64,000 bases of DNA from assembly GCA_963745025.1 (NCBI GenBank), contig CAVUWD010000013.1:352001-416000 (forward strand), in the 5' to 3' direction. This DNA comes from an uncultured delta proteobacterium. Lineage in GTDB: Bacteria > Desulfobacterota > Binatia > JACPRU01. Of this stretch, positions 38,831 to 51,705 are shown piece after piece. Under the pieces are notes generated by a model. That model ran no database searches. It had not been told where the DNA came from and saw only the letters and a program-made list of their open reading frames with translations. The stretch's first letter is position 1, and each line of letters starts with the position of its first letter. The position numbers and the translations under genes are program-made.

Positions 38831-39765
38831 AATCGACATGGATGCTCGTCGCGGCCGGATTGGTCCTCGCGGCGGCGCCGCTCCGCGCGGAGGTCGTGAA
38901 CCGCATCGTCGCCAGCGTCGACGGCGATCCGATCACGCTCTACGAACTGAATCAGTACGAGGAAAAGCAGCGGGCCTTGATGCCGAGCGTGCAGATCCCG
39001 AGCCAGAACGATGCGCTGCAGGCGCTGATCACAGAGAAGCTCCTGGCCAAAGAAATCGCGGCCAAGGGAATCCGCGTACGAGACGAGGACATCGACCGTT
39101 ACGTCGATCACATCAAGGAGTCGAACCATCTTACCGACGATCAGCTGAAGGAAGCGCTGAAGCAGCAGGGCGTGGACTACGCGAAATACCGCGATCAAAT
39201 TCGTCAGGAGATCGAGAAAGTACAGCTCCTGAACCGGGAGATCCGCGGCAAAGTGAACATCTCGCCCGAAGACGTCCAGCGCTATTACGAGGCGCACAAG
39301 AAGGACTACGAGCGCCCCGCCCGCGTGAAGGTTCGTCAGATCATGCTGCGCCTCGATCCCAACGCCCCCGATGAGATCGCACAAGCGGTCACGCAGCGGA
39401 TCGAGGGTCTGCGAGCGCAGATTCTCAAGGGAGAGGATTTCGCCAAGGTCGCCAAGCAATACTCCGAGGACCCCGCCGCCGCCGACGGCGGTGATCTCGG
39501 CGAGGTCGAGCCGTCGAAAATGTTGCCCGAATTCGAGACCGTGCTCACGAAGATGAAGGAAGGCGAGGTGAGCGAGCCGGTCCGCACCAATATGGGAGTG
39601 CATCTGCTGAAGCTCGAGAAGCGGATCGCGGTCGGCTACCAAGCGGAAAGCGAGCTTGCGGCCGAGATCAAGGAGAAGCTCTACAGCGAGGCGCTCGACG
39701 AGCGTTACAAGCGTTGGCTGCTCGAGGACATCCAGAAGCATCACTACATCGAGACCAAGCTTTGA
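38827..39765 (+). CDS. surA: SurA-type periplasmic peptidyl-prolyl isomerase
   Basis: Signal peptide, VVNRIVASVD, parvulin FAKVAKQYSED...GGDLG; upstream of pdxA. Confidence 0.88.
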   Translation: MKSTWMLVAAGLVLAAAPLRAEVVNRIVASVDGDPITLYELNQYEEKQRALMPSVQIPSQNDALQALITEKLLAKEIAAKGIRVRDEDIDRYVDHIKESNHLTDDQLKEALKQQGVDYAKYRDQIRQEIEKVQLLNREIRGKVNISPEDVQRYYEAHKKDYERPARVKVRQIMLRLDPNAPDEIAQAVTQRIEGLRAQILKGEDFAKVAKQYSEDPAAADGGDLGEVEPSKMLPEFETVLTKMKEGEVSEPVRTNMGVHLLKLEKRIAVGYQAESELAAEIKEKLYSEALDERYKRWLLEDIQKHHYIETKL

Positions 39766-39768
39766 GAA

Positions 39769-39849
39769 GGCTACCGACTACCGGCTTCCGGCAAAGACTC
39801 CGCGATGCCTTGCCGGTAGCCGGCAGTCGGTAGCCGGTAGCCGGTAACC
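39769..39849. repeat. Heptamer-arm palindromic element, copy D
   Basis: GGCTACC GACTACC GGCTTCC GGCAAAGACT...CCTTGCC then five GGTAGCC-like units. Confidence 0.9.
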
Positions 39850-40802
39850 ATGGCCGATAAGCCCACCATCGCGGTGACCATGGGCGATCCGGCCGGGATC
39901 GGGCCGGAAGTGGCGCTACGCGCCGCGGCGCGCCTGCGGCGTCATGCCCGCTTCGTATTCGTCGGCGATCGAGCCGTGCTCGAGGCGGCGGCGCACAGGC
40001 ATCGGGTCGGCGGCGAGATCGCGGTCGTCGAGGTGTCTTCGCTCTCCGGCGCAGAACGTCGCCCGGGAAAGCCTTCGCCGGGCGGAGCCGCGGCCGCATA
40101 CTCCGCCGTCCTCCGCGCCGTCGAGCTCGTGCAGCGCGGCGAAGCCGATGCGATCGTCACGGCCCCGGTGAGCAAGCACGCGATCCAGTCGCTCGGCATC
40201 GACTTTCCAGGCCACACGGAGGTGATCGCGCGACTCGCGGGGGATGCCGAGGTGCGCATGATGCTGGCCGGCGCAACTCTCCGGGTCGTGCTGGTGACGA
40301 CGCACATCCGGCTCCGCGACGTGCCGGGGGCCGTCACGACCGCAAGGGTCGTGCGCACTGCAGAGATCGCCGCCCGTTCCTTACGACGCCACTTCGGCTT
40401 CCGCCGCCCGCGTCTAGCGCTCGCCGGGCTGAATCCCCATGCCGGTGAAGGCGGCGCGTTCGGGGACGAGGAGATCCGCACCCTCGCTCCCGCCGTTCGG
40501 TACGCGCGCACACACGGGGTGGATCTCGACGGACCGTATCCGCCGGACACCGTCTTTTTTCGAGCTCGCGCCGGCGAGTTCGACGCGGTGATCTCGCTCT
40601 ACCACGACCAGGGTCTCATCCCGTTCAAGCTCGTCCACTTCAGCGATGGTGTGAACGTGACGCTCGGGTTGCCGTTCCCGCGCACCTCTCCCGACCACGG
40701 CACGGCGTACGACATCGCCGGGCGAGGGGTGGCGCACCCGTCCAGCATGGCGAGCGCGATTCGTCTCGCCGCCCAGATGTCGGCGCGCCGGGGCGGGGCC
40801 TG

Positions 40803-40803
<1 letters not shown>
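39850..40803 (+). CDS. pdxA: 4-hydroxythreonine-4-phosphate dehydrogenase
   Basis: [36 protein letters not shown]. Confidence 0.97.
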
Positions 40804-43622
<2,819 letters not shown>

Positions 43623-43623
43623 C

Positions 43624-43676
43624 GGCTTCCGGCTACCGGAAAAGTGTTCACTTGTATCTTACGGTAGCCGGTAGCC
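43624..43676. repeat. Heptamer-arm palindromic element, copy E
   Basis: GGCTTCC GGCTACC GGAAAAGTG...CTTAC GGTAGCC GGTAGCC. Confidence 0.85.
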
Positions 43677-43685
43677 TCGACCTCG

Positions 43686-43749
43686 TTGACAGCGTCCCTC
43701 GGGGGTCCTATACAGGACCAGAGTGGTCCGGTTAGTGCCGGACCACTCT
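43686..43749 (+). promoter_or_regulatory. Sigma70-type promoter and operator-like inverted repeats upstream of iscS
   Basis: TTGACA (43686) - 17 nt - TATACA (43709); GGACCA-GAG-TGGTCC at 43715-43729; perfect 12-bp inverted repeat at 43720-43749. Confidence 0.7.
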
Positions 43750-43761
43750 ATTGGCTTGGCC

Positions 43762-44949
43762 ATGGCTAGACCGATCTATATGGACTATCACGCGACGACG
43801 CCCGTGGACCCGCGGGTTCTCGATGCTATGCTCCCGTTTTTCAAGGAGAATTTTGGGAACGCGGCGAGCCGGAACCACCCCTTTGGATGGCACGCTGAGG
43901 CGGCCGTCGAGGCGAGTCGGGAGCAGCTAGCCAAGCTCTTCGGGGCGCGCGCGAAGGAGATCGTGTTCACGGCCGGAGCCACCGAGTCGAACAACCTGGC
44001 GCTCAAAGGGGTACTCGAGTTTTACCGCGAGAAGGGAAACCACGTCGTCACCTGTGCGACCGAGCATCGCTCGGTGATCGACACGAGCCGCTCGCTCGAG
44101 CGGAAGGGTTTGGCGCGGATGACCGTGCTCCCCGTCGATCGCTACGGCCGGGTCGATCCCGATGCCGTCGATCGGGCGATCACCGCCGACACCGTGCTCG
44201 TCTCGATCATGGTCGCCAACAACGAGGTCGGCACGATCCACCCGATCGCAGAGATCGGCAAGATCACCCGGCGGCGCGGCGTGCTCTTCCACACCGACGC
44301 CACCCAGGCCGTCGGCAAGGTTTCGGTGGACGTCGAGCAGATGGGGATCGATCTCCTGTCACTGTCTGCGCACAAGATCTGCGGGCCGAAGGGTGTCGGC
44401 GCGCTGTACGTTCGCTCCAAGGATCCGCGCGTGCGACTCGCACCGCTGATCGAGGGCGGAGGACAAGAGCGCGGTCTGCGCTCGGGAACGCTGAACGTGC
44501 CGGGGATCGTCGGCTTCGGCAGGGCGTGCGAGGTCGCCGGCGAGGTGATGGCCGACGAGGCGCACCGGCTCACCGCTTTGCGTGACAGGCTCGAGCAGAT
44601 GCTCACGAGCGAGCTCGATCGCGTGACGCTGAACGGCCATCCCCGCGAGCGTCTGCCCGGCAATCTCAACTTGAGCTTCGCCTTCGTCGAGGCCGAGTCG
44701 CTGCTCATGGCGCTGAACCGCGAGGTCGCTCTGTCCACCGGCTCGGCCTGCAGTTCTGCCACGCTCGAGCCCTCCTACGTTCTGAAGGCGCTCGGCCAAG
44801 GAGACGAGATCGCGCATAGCTCGATCCGCTTCGGGCTCGGTCGGTTCACGACCGAGAGCGAGATCGACACGGTCGCGGAACGAGTGATCGCCGAGGTGCG
44901 CCGCCTGCGCGCGATGTCGGCGCAATACGCGATGGCGAAAGCCGGCTAG
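43762..44949 (+). CDS. iscS: Cysteine desulfurase
   Basis: [23 protein letters not shown] Lys, [14 protein letters not shown]. Confidence 0.96.
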   Translation: MARPIYMDYHATTPVDPRVLDAMLPFFKENFGNAASRNHPFGWHAEAAVEASREQLAKLFGARAKEIVFTAGATESNNLALKGVLEFYREKGNHVVTCATEHRSVIDTSRSLERKGLARMTVLPVDRYGRVDPDAVDRAITADTVLVSIMVANNEVGTIHPIAEIGKITRRRGVLFHTDATQAVGKVSVDVEQMGIDLLSLSAHKICGPKGVGALYVRSKDPRVRLAPLIEGGGQERGLRSGTLNVPGIVGFGRACEVAGEVMADEAHRLTALRDRLEQMLTSELDRVTLNGHPRERLPGNLNLSFAFVEAESLLMALNREVALSTGSACSSATLEPSYVLKALGQGDEIAHSSIRFGLGRFTTESEIDTVAERVIAEVRRLRAMSAQYAMAKAG

Positions 44950-44972
44950 CTCTTCGGAGTTTGAAAAGAACG

Positions 44973-45287
44973 ATGATTACGATCTCGGAAAATGCGGCCC
45001 GCAAGATCAAGGTGTTGATCGGCGAGCAAACTGGCAAGGTACTCCGCGTGAAGGTCGTCGGCGGCGGCTGCTCAGGGCTCCAGTACAAGCTCGACGTCGA
45101 TGAGGCGCGGCCGGGAGACCGCACGTTCGAGAGAGACGGGGTGTCGGTCGTCACCGACCGCAAGAGCTATCTCTATCTTCATGGGACCGAGCTCGACTAT
45201 TCGGAGGCCCTCATGGAGTCAGGCTTCAAGCTGAGCAACCCAAACGTCAAGAAAACCTGCGGCTGCGGTGCCTCGTTCACGGTTTGA
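44973..45287 (+). CDS. iscA: A-type Fe-S cluster carrier (HesB/IscA)
   Basis: GGGCSGLQY, NPN, CGCGASF. Confidence 0.93.
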   Translation: MITISENAARKIKVLIGEQTGKVLRVKVVGGGCSGLQYKLDVDEARPGDRTFERDGVSVVTDRKSYLYLHGTELDYSEALMESGFKLSNPNVKKTCGCGASFTV

Positions 45288-45396
45288 AGCGGGGCTTCCG
45301 GGGGGCCGAACTGCGCCGTCGAGGCGTGGGGTTTTATCGGCACACTCGAATAACCCGAAACTTGGAGCGTCTAAATTAGATGAAGGCAGTTCGACG

Positions 45397-45834
45397 ATGA
45401 GTGACGTTAGACAAGAGGCTCTCGAGGAGACCGGTGGTCCGGTCATCCAGCCGGATACGCTTTTGCCGAGTCAGTTTTTCACGGGTCTGCGGCAGAAGGG
45501 CTTCGTCGAAGGTGAGAAGCGTCTGATGGCGGCCGTGCTCGCCGACGCCGTCGAGGTCTACATGAAGCAGGCGTTCAACACCGAGCCGCGCGGTCATCAG
45601 CTCTTTCTCGACGCCGAGGCATGGATCTCCGAAGACAAGCCCGGTCCATGGTTCTTCTCGTTCAGCAACATCTGCGACCTGCTCGGCCTCGAGCCGGAGT
45701 ACATCCGTCGCGGTCTTCTCGAATGGCGTCGCAGCCGCGGGCCGACGATTCGCCCGAGCGAAGCGTTTCGCCGCGCGCCGCGCGCCACGCGATCCGCCCC
45801 GCCGCGTCAGCTATTGAAAAAGGCCGTCGGATAA
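45397..45834 (+). CDS. Hypothetical protein
   Basis: EKRLMAAVLADAV...FSFSNICDLLGLEPEYIR; strong coding bias. Confidence 0.8.
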   Translation: MSDVRQEALEETGGPVIQPDTLLPSQFFTGLRQKGFVEGEKRLMAAVLADAVEVYMKQAFNTEPRGHQLFLDAEAWISEDKPGPWFFSFSNICDLLGLEPEYIRRGLLEWRRSRGPTIRPSEAFRRAPRATRSAPPRQLLKKAVG

Positions 45835-45836
45835 GA

Positions 45837-45895
45837 GGCTACAGACTTCCGGCTACCGTAAAGACCCTGTGGAGTCTTTGGCCATGGCCTGTAGC
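45837..45895. repeat. Heptamer-arm palindromic element, copy F (degenerate)
   Basis: GGCTACA GACTTCC GGCTACC GTAAAGAC...AGTCTTTGG...TGTAGC. Confidence 0.75.
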
Positions 45896-45976
45896 GGGTT
45901 CGCAAATCCCCGAATTCATTGAAAGCCCTCGGCTCGGGCGGTATAGATTTACCGATTACTTCGGAGGAGATCACCG

Positions 45977-47837
45977 ATGTCCGTCCCGCCGGGAGAAGCG
46001 CAACACGCCAAATCGATCCAGGAAAAGGACTCAGTCGTTATCCGCTTTGCCGGCGACTCGGGCGATGGCATGCAGCTCACGGGCATGCAGTTCACGACCG
46101 AGTCGGCGCTCGCGGGGAACGACATCGGCACGTTGCCCGACTTTCCGGCCGAGATCCGCGCCCCGGCCGGAACCCTCGCGGGCGTGAGCGCGTTTCAAGT
46201 CAACTTCGCCAATCAGGAAGTCTTCACTCCAGGCGATGACGTCGACGTGCTCGTGGCGATGAACCCCGCCGCGCTGCAGCACCAACCTCGGCGAACTGAA
46301 GAGCGGCGGCATCCTGATCGTCAACACCGAGGCCTACAGCGAGCAGAACCTACGGCGCGCCGGCTATGCCAAGAACCCGCTCGAGGATGGCTCACTCGAC
46401 CGCTATCAGCTCTTCAAGGTCGACATCACCAAGCTGACGGTCAACGCGATGCAGGATCTCGGGATCAGCAACCGAGAAGCGTTCCGTTGCAAGAACTTCT
46501 TCGCGCTCGGGCTCATCTCGTGGCTCTACCACCGACCGATCGAATCGACCGAGCACTGGATCCACATTAAGTTCAAGAAGAGCCCCGAGCTCGTCGAGGC
46601 GAATCTCCGCGCGCTCCATGCGGGTTACAACTACGGCGATACGGCCGAGCTCTTCGCCGTGTCATACGAGGTCAAGCCAGCGCCGATCGCTCCGGGCTTT
46701 TACCGCAACATCACCGGCAACAACGCGACGGCGATGGGATTCGTCGCCGCCAGCCGCAAGGCGGGGCTGCCGCTGTTTCTCGGCAGCTATCCGATCACGC
46801 CGGCTAGCGACATTCTGCACGAGCTGTCGGCCTACAAGCACTTCGGCGTGACGACGTACCAGGCCGAGGACGAGATCGCCGCCGCTGGTGCCGCGCTCGG
46901 CGCGGCGTTCGGTGGCTCGATCGGCATCACCACGTCGAGCGGTCCTGGCATGAACCTCAAGATGGAGACCATCGGCCTCGGCGTCATGGTCGAGCTGCCG
47001 ATGGTGATCGTCAACGTCCAGCGCGCGGGTCCGTCCACGGGCATGCCCACCAAGACCGAGCAGGCCGATCTTCTCCAGGCGATGTACGGCCGGCACGGCG
47101 AATCGCCGCTCCCGATCATCGCGGCGATGACGCCTTCGGATTGTTTCTACGCCGCGTTCGAGGCCGTCCGCATCGCGATCAAGTACATGACCCCCGTCAT
47201 TCTCTTGACCGACGGCTATCTCGCCAACGGAGCCGAGCCCTGGCTGGTGCCGAGCTTCGGCGATCTGCCGACCATTCCCGTCGAGTTCCGCACGGACCCG
47301 CAAGGATTCTTCCCGTACATTCGCGACGAGCAGACGCTGGCGCGGCCGTGGGTGCGGCCGGGCACACCGGGGCTCGAGCACCGCATCGGCGGCCTCTCGA
47401 AGGAGCACATCACCGGCAACGTCAGCTACTCGCCGGCGAATCACGAGCAAATGATCCGCATCCGCGCGCGCAAGATCGCCGGCATCGCTCGCGAGCTCCC
47501 GCCCACGAAGGTTGGGGGTGCACAAGAAGGTGACGTGCTGGTGGTCGGCTGGGGCGGCACCTACGGAGCGATCGCGGGGGCGGTGAAGGACATGGTCTCC
47601 CGCGGCAAGGCGGTTGGCCACGTGCACATCCGCTACATGAATCCGCTGCCGCCGGATCTGGCCGACATCTTCGCGCGATTCAAGAAGATCCTCGTGCCCG
47701 AGCTGAACATGGGTCAGCTCGTCAAGATCATCCGCGCCGAGTTCCTGGTCGACGCGATCGGCATGAACAAGATCCAGGGCCGTCCGTTCAAGATCTCGGA
47801 GCTGGTGACGCGCATTCAGCGTCTCTTGGACGCGTGA
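45977..47837 (+). pseudogene. korA: 2-oxoacid:ferredoxin oxidoreductase alpha subunit, +1 frameshift near 46278 (real or assembly error)
   Basis: RFAGDSGDGMQL, YPITPAS, QAEDEIAA, TSSGPG; removing A46278 restores AALRTNLGELK. Confidence 0.85.
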
Positions 47838-47845
47838 AGGAATCG

Positions 47846-48869
47846 ATGATGAGTGAAGCATCTGCCGTCAAGCTCTCGAAGAAGGACTTCGCATCCGATC
47901 AGGAAGTGCGCTGGTGCCCGGGCTGCGGGGACTACGCGATCCTCGACCAGGTGCAGCGCGTGATGCCCGAGCTCGGCGTGGCGCGCGAGAATCTCGTGTT
48001 CATCTCCGGAATCGGTTGCTCGAGCCGCTTCCCCTATTACATGAACACCTACGGCTTCCACACGATCCACGGGCGCGCGCCGGCGATCGCCACCGGCCTC
48101 AAGGTGACCCGTCCGGAGCTGCAGGTGTGGGTGGTGACCGGCGACGGCGACGCGCTGTCCATCGGCGGCAACCATCTGATCCACGCCCTGCGACGCAACG
48201 TGGACCTGAAGATCCTCCTATTCAACAACCGGATCTACGGCCTCACCAAGGGCCAATACTCGCCGACGTCGGAGACCGGAAAGGTCACCAAGATCGACGC
48301 CCAGCGGATCGCCCGATTATCCCTTCGATCCGATCGCCATCGCCCTGGGCGCGGAAGCTTCGTTCGTGGCGCGCTCGATCGACGTCGAGGCCAAGCATCT
48401 CCACGACATCCTGCGCCGAGCGCACGAGCACAAGGGAGCGGCGTTCGTCGAGATTCTGCAGAACTGCAACGTCTTCAACGACGGCGCCTGGGCCGATCTC
48501 ACCGAGAAGGCGACCAAGGCCGATACGCAGCTTGTGCTCGAGCACGGCAAGCCGCTCGTCTTCGGCAAAAATCGTGATCGTGCCATTCGCTTGAACGGTC
48601 GCTTCGAGCCCGAGGTCGTGACGCTCGGCAACGGCGTCAGCGAGTCCGATCTGATCGTCTACGACGAGCGCAATCCAGCGCTCGCGTACTTGCTCTCGCG
48701 GCTCGAGCCGCCGCAATTTCCGACGCCGGTCGGTGTTTTTCTCGCGGTCGCGAGGCCGACCTACGAGAAGCGCGTCGCCGAACAGCTCACCTCGGCGCGG
48801 GAGAAGCTCGGCGAGGGCGACGTCGACTCATTGCTCCGCGAGGGCGATACCTGGACCGTGCGAGGATGA
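47846..48869 (+). pseudogene. korB: 2-oxoacid:ferredoxin oxidoreductase beta subunit, +1 frameshift near 48293 (real or assembly error)
   Basis: WCPGCGD, SGIGCS, GDGD...NN TPP motif; removing A48293 restores KVTKSTPSGSPDYPFDP. Confidence 0.85.
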
Positions 48870-48873
48870 AGGC

Positions 48874-48951
48874 GGCTACAGGCTCCGGGTACAGCTCCGG
48901 GAACGGCTCAGGGCATCCTTTCCTGCAGCCTGTAGCCCGAAGGCCGTAGCC
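48874..48951. repeat. Heptamer-arm palindromic element, copy G (degenerate)
   Basis: GGCTACA GGCTCCG...CCTTTCC TGCAGCC TGTAGCC...CGTAGCC between convergent genes. Confidence 0.78.
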
Positions 48952-48957
48952 GCTCCT

Positions 48958-49488
48958 TCACGCCCCGTCCCTACTCTTGGCGACGTCGAGCCCGGGTTCG
49001 GGCGGCACGTTGTGCACTTCCTTGGAGAAGAACTCTGCGATGTAGTCGACGATGTCCTTGACGGAAATCACGCCGACCGGCTGTGCCTCATCGTCGACGA
49101 GAGGGATGTGGCGAAATCCGCCGAGACTCATCTTGTTCAAGGCGAACACGATCGAGTCGCTAGGCCGAAGCCGCTCGGGGTTTTCCGACATGAATCGATC
49201 GACCGACGTGGTCTCGGGATCGAACTTCGAGCCGAACACCTCACCCAGCAGATCGCGCTCCGTGAAGATACCCACCAGCTTGCCGACCTCGACGACCAAA
49301 ACGCAGCCGATGTGATGGTCTTGCATTTGCCGGACGACGTCGGCGACCGGGGTGCCGCGGTCGGCGCAGACGGGGCTCGGCGGCTGAAGCACGCTGATCG
49401 GCTCGCGCAGAAACCGGTCGTCGAGCGTCCGCGGTGCTCGCTCTTCGGTCTCGAGGTATTCTTCGGATTCGGGGAGCACGTAACTCAT
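48958..49488 (-). CDS. CBS domain protein
   Basis: LVGIFTERD and FRHIPLVD..PVGVISVKD tandem CBS pair; GGAGG RBS. Confidence 0.93.
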   Translation of the reverse strand: MSYVLPESEEYLETEERAPRTLDDRFLREPISVLQPPSPVCADRGTPVADVVRQMQDHHIGCVLVVEVGKLVGIFTERDLLGEVFGSKFDPETTSVDRFMSENPERLRPSDSIVFALNKMSLGGFRHIPLVDDEAQPVGVISVKDIVDYIAEFFSKEVHNVPPEPGLDVAKSRDGA

Positions 49489-49645
49489 GAAATACCTCCA
49501 CGGTCAGTCGATAGGAGGCGAAGGAAATCATAGGTCGGATGCCGGATCAACCGCGGATCCACTCCCCCCCGGGACGGAAATTGGCTATGGAACCGAATGC
49601 CGGCTCGAGGAAGCTCGCACCGTAACGGATCGCTGGGAGGTCTGC

Positions 49646-51130
49646 GTGGTCGAGATCCGCTTTTCAACCAGACGCGTTGCTGACCCGTCCGCGGTGACGG
49701 CCGACTTCTTGATTGTTCCCATCGTCGAGGGTGAGGGGGACGCGCTGATCCTGCGCCGACTCGACCGCAAGCTCGGCGGGTCGTTGCTGCGTCACGCACG
49801 GGAGCTCGACTTCCGCGGCCAGGAGGGCAGGGGACTCCTCCATCGCGTGGAGGATCGTGCGACGCCCAGGAACATCTACCTGGCGGGGCTTGGCAAACCC
49901 GCCGATCGCACGCTCGAGCAATGGCGGCGGATGGCCGCGGTCGCGGTGCGAGCGGCACGCAGCGAGAGCGCTCGTCGGGCCGCCGTATTCTTTCCGAAAG
50001 CCAAGACCGAGGAGGTGGTCGCGGTCGCCGAGGCGATCGCGCTCTCGGGCTACCGTTTCGAGCGCTACCGGCAACGGCCGAAAGAGCGCAAGCCGGAGCT
50101 CTCGCAGGTCTCGCTCGCCGGACCGCACATCGACACTCGCCGCGCCGGTGAGGGGCTCGAGGACCTGAACGCCGTGCTTCCGTCCGTGTTCGCGGCTCGC
50201 GACCTCGTCAACGAACCTCCTTCGGTGATGACTGCGTCTGCGCTCGCCCGTCGCGCCGTCGAAATGTGTCGCGGTGGTGCCGTGCGCGTCGAGGTGATGG
50301 GCTTCGCCGCGATCCGCCGCCTGCGGCTGAACGGGCTCCTCGCCGTCAATCGGGGCAGCGTCGAGGAGCCGCGCTTCGTTCGCATGCGCTATCGCCCGCG
50401 CGGACGGCGTAAGCTCAAGGTGGCGCTGGTCGGAAAAGGAATCACGTTCGATTCGGGCGGCCTGTCGCTCAAGCCGGCAGGCTCGATGGAGACGATGAAG
50501 CAGGACATGGCGGGCGCCGCCGCGGTCTGTGGGGTCATGGCCGCCGTCGGTCGGTTGAAGCCGGCGGTCGAAGTGACGGGATACGTCTCGTCCACGGACA
50601 ACTTGCCGAGCGGCAGCGCGCAGAAGCCCGGCGACGTCATCCGCTTCCGCAACGGTAAGACCGTCGAGGTGGTGAACACCGACGCCGAGGGGCGGCTCGT
50701 TCTGGCTGACGCGCTGGCCCTCGCTTGCGAAGAGGGGCATGACGTGATCATCGACCTTGCTACCTTGACGGGCGCCTGCCGCATCGCGCTCGGGACTCAG
50801 GTGGCCGGCATCATGGGCAATCAAAAGGAGCTCGTCGACCGGCTCGTCGAGCATGGCCGCGAAGCGGGCGAGATGCTCTGGCCGCTGCCGCTGGTCAAGG
50901 AGTACCGCGACGATCTCAAGAGCTCGGTCGCCGATCTGAAGAACGTCGGCGGCGGGTTTGCCGGCGCCATCACTGCCGGGCTATTTCTCCAGGAGTTCGT
51001 CGTCGGCGGGGCCTGGGCGCACCTCGACATCGCCGGCCCTGCATTCGCCGATAAGGATTGGGCCTATTGCCCGAAAGGGGGAACCGGTTTCGGAGTGCGA
51101 ACGCTGATCCGATACCTGATGAGCCTATGA
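49646..51130 (+). CDS. pepA: Leucyl aminopeptidase (M17)
   Basis: GKGITFDSGG, MKQDMAG, NTDAEGRL, ATLTGA, WAHLDIAG; GTG start after GGGAGG. Confidence 0.96.
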   Translation: MVEIRFSTRRVADPSAVTADFLIVPIVEGEGDALILRRLDRKLGGSLLRHARELDFRGQEGRGLLHRVEDRATPRNIYLAGLGKPADRTLEQWRRMAAVAVRAARSESARRAAVFFPKAKTEEVVAVAEAIALSGYRFERYRQRPKERKPELSQVSLAGPHIDTRRAGEGLEDLNAVLPSVFAARDLVNEPPSVMTASALARRAVEMCRGGAVRVEVMGFAAIRRLRLNGLLAVNRGSVEEPRFVRMRYRPRGRRKLKVALVGKGITFDSGGLSLKPAGSMETMKQDMAGAAAVCGVMAAVGRLKPAVEVTGYVSSTDNLPSGSAQKPGDVIRFRNGKTVEVVNTDAEGRLVLADALALACEEGHDVIIDLATLTGACRIALGTQVAGIMGNQKELVDRLVEHGREAGEMLWPLPLVKEYRDDLKSSVADLKNVGGGFAGAITAGLFLQEFVVGGAWAHLDIAGPAFADKDWAYCPKGGTGFGVRTLIRYLMSL

Positions 51131-51636
51131 AAACCCGCGCGCTCCTCTCGTTGCTGATCGCCCCCCTGATCCTTGCCGTCGCTTCGTGCGTCCCGCATCG
51201 TGGGTCTTCCCAGGAGGTCGTGACCGACCTCCACAACTACAGCGCCGAGCTGCAGAAATGGGAGGAGAAGGAGAAGGCGATCTTTCAGGCGATCGACGAC
51301 GTCGAGGAGTCGCAATACGTCGACGACGACTTCGTGCTGCGGACGCTGAAGGGAGCCTTGCCGACGCTCGATGAGCACATCCGTGAGGTGTCGGCGTATC
51401 GCCCGCTGACGCCGGAGCTCGGAGACCTTCACAACCATTACCGTAAGGGCTGGGAGGACCTGCGCTCGGCCCTCGACTCGATGATCGGTGCCGAGTCGAA
51501 GAAGGACTACGTGGCCCTGGCCAAAGGCAAGAGTCAGCTGAAGGCCGCTCGCGGCCTGCTGCTCAAGGCCATCGCGAGCATGGACGCGTTGATGGAGGAA
51601 AACGACGAGGCGCTGAAGAATCTGCACAAGTCCTGA
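51127..51636 (+). CDS. Putative helical lipoprotein
   Basis: LAVASC lipobox; ATGA overlap with pepA. Confidence 0.75.
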   Translation: MKTRALLSLLIAPLILAVASCVPHRGSSQEVVTDLHNYSAELQKWEEKEKAIFQAIDDVEESQYVDDDFVLRTLKGALPTLDEHIREVSAYRPLTPELGDLHNHYRKGWEDLRSALDSMIGAESKKDYVALAKGKSQLKAARGLLLKAIASMDALMEENDEALKNLHKS

Positions 51637-51638
51637 GC

Positions 51639-51700
51639 GGCTACCGGCTACCGCAAGAACACGCCGCGGAGTCTTTGCCGATAGCCGGACGCCGGTAGCC
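51639..51700. repeat. Heptamer-arm palindromic element, copy H (core inverted)
   Basis: (GGCTACC)2 GCAAGAAC...AGTCTTTGCC GATAGCC GGACGCC GGTAGCC. Confidence 0.88.
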
Positions 51701-51705
51701 GATTC

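Noticed and set aside
46270-48300. Programmed ribosomal frameshifting in korAB
   Set aside because: No slippery heptamer or stimulatory structure at either site
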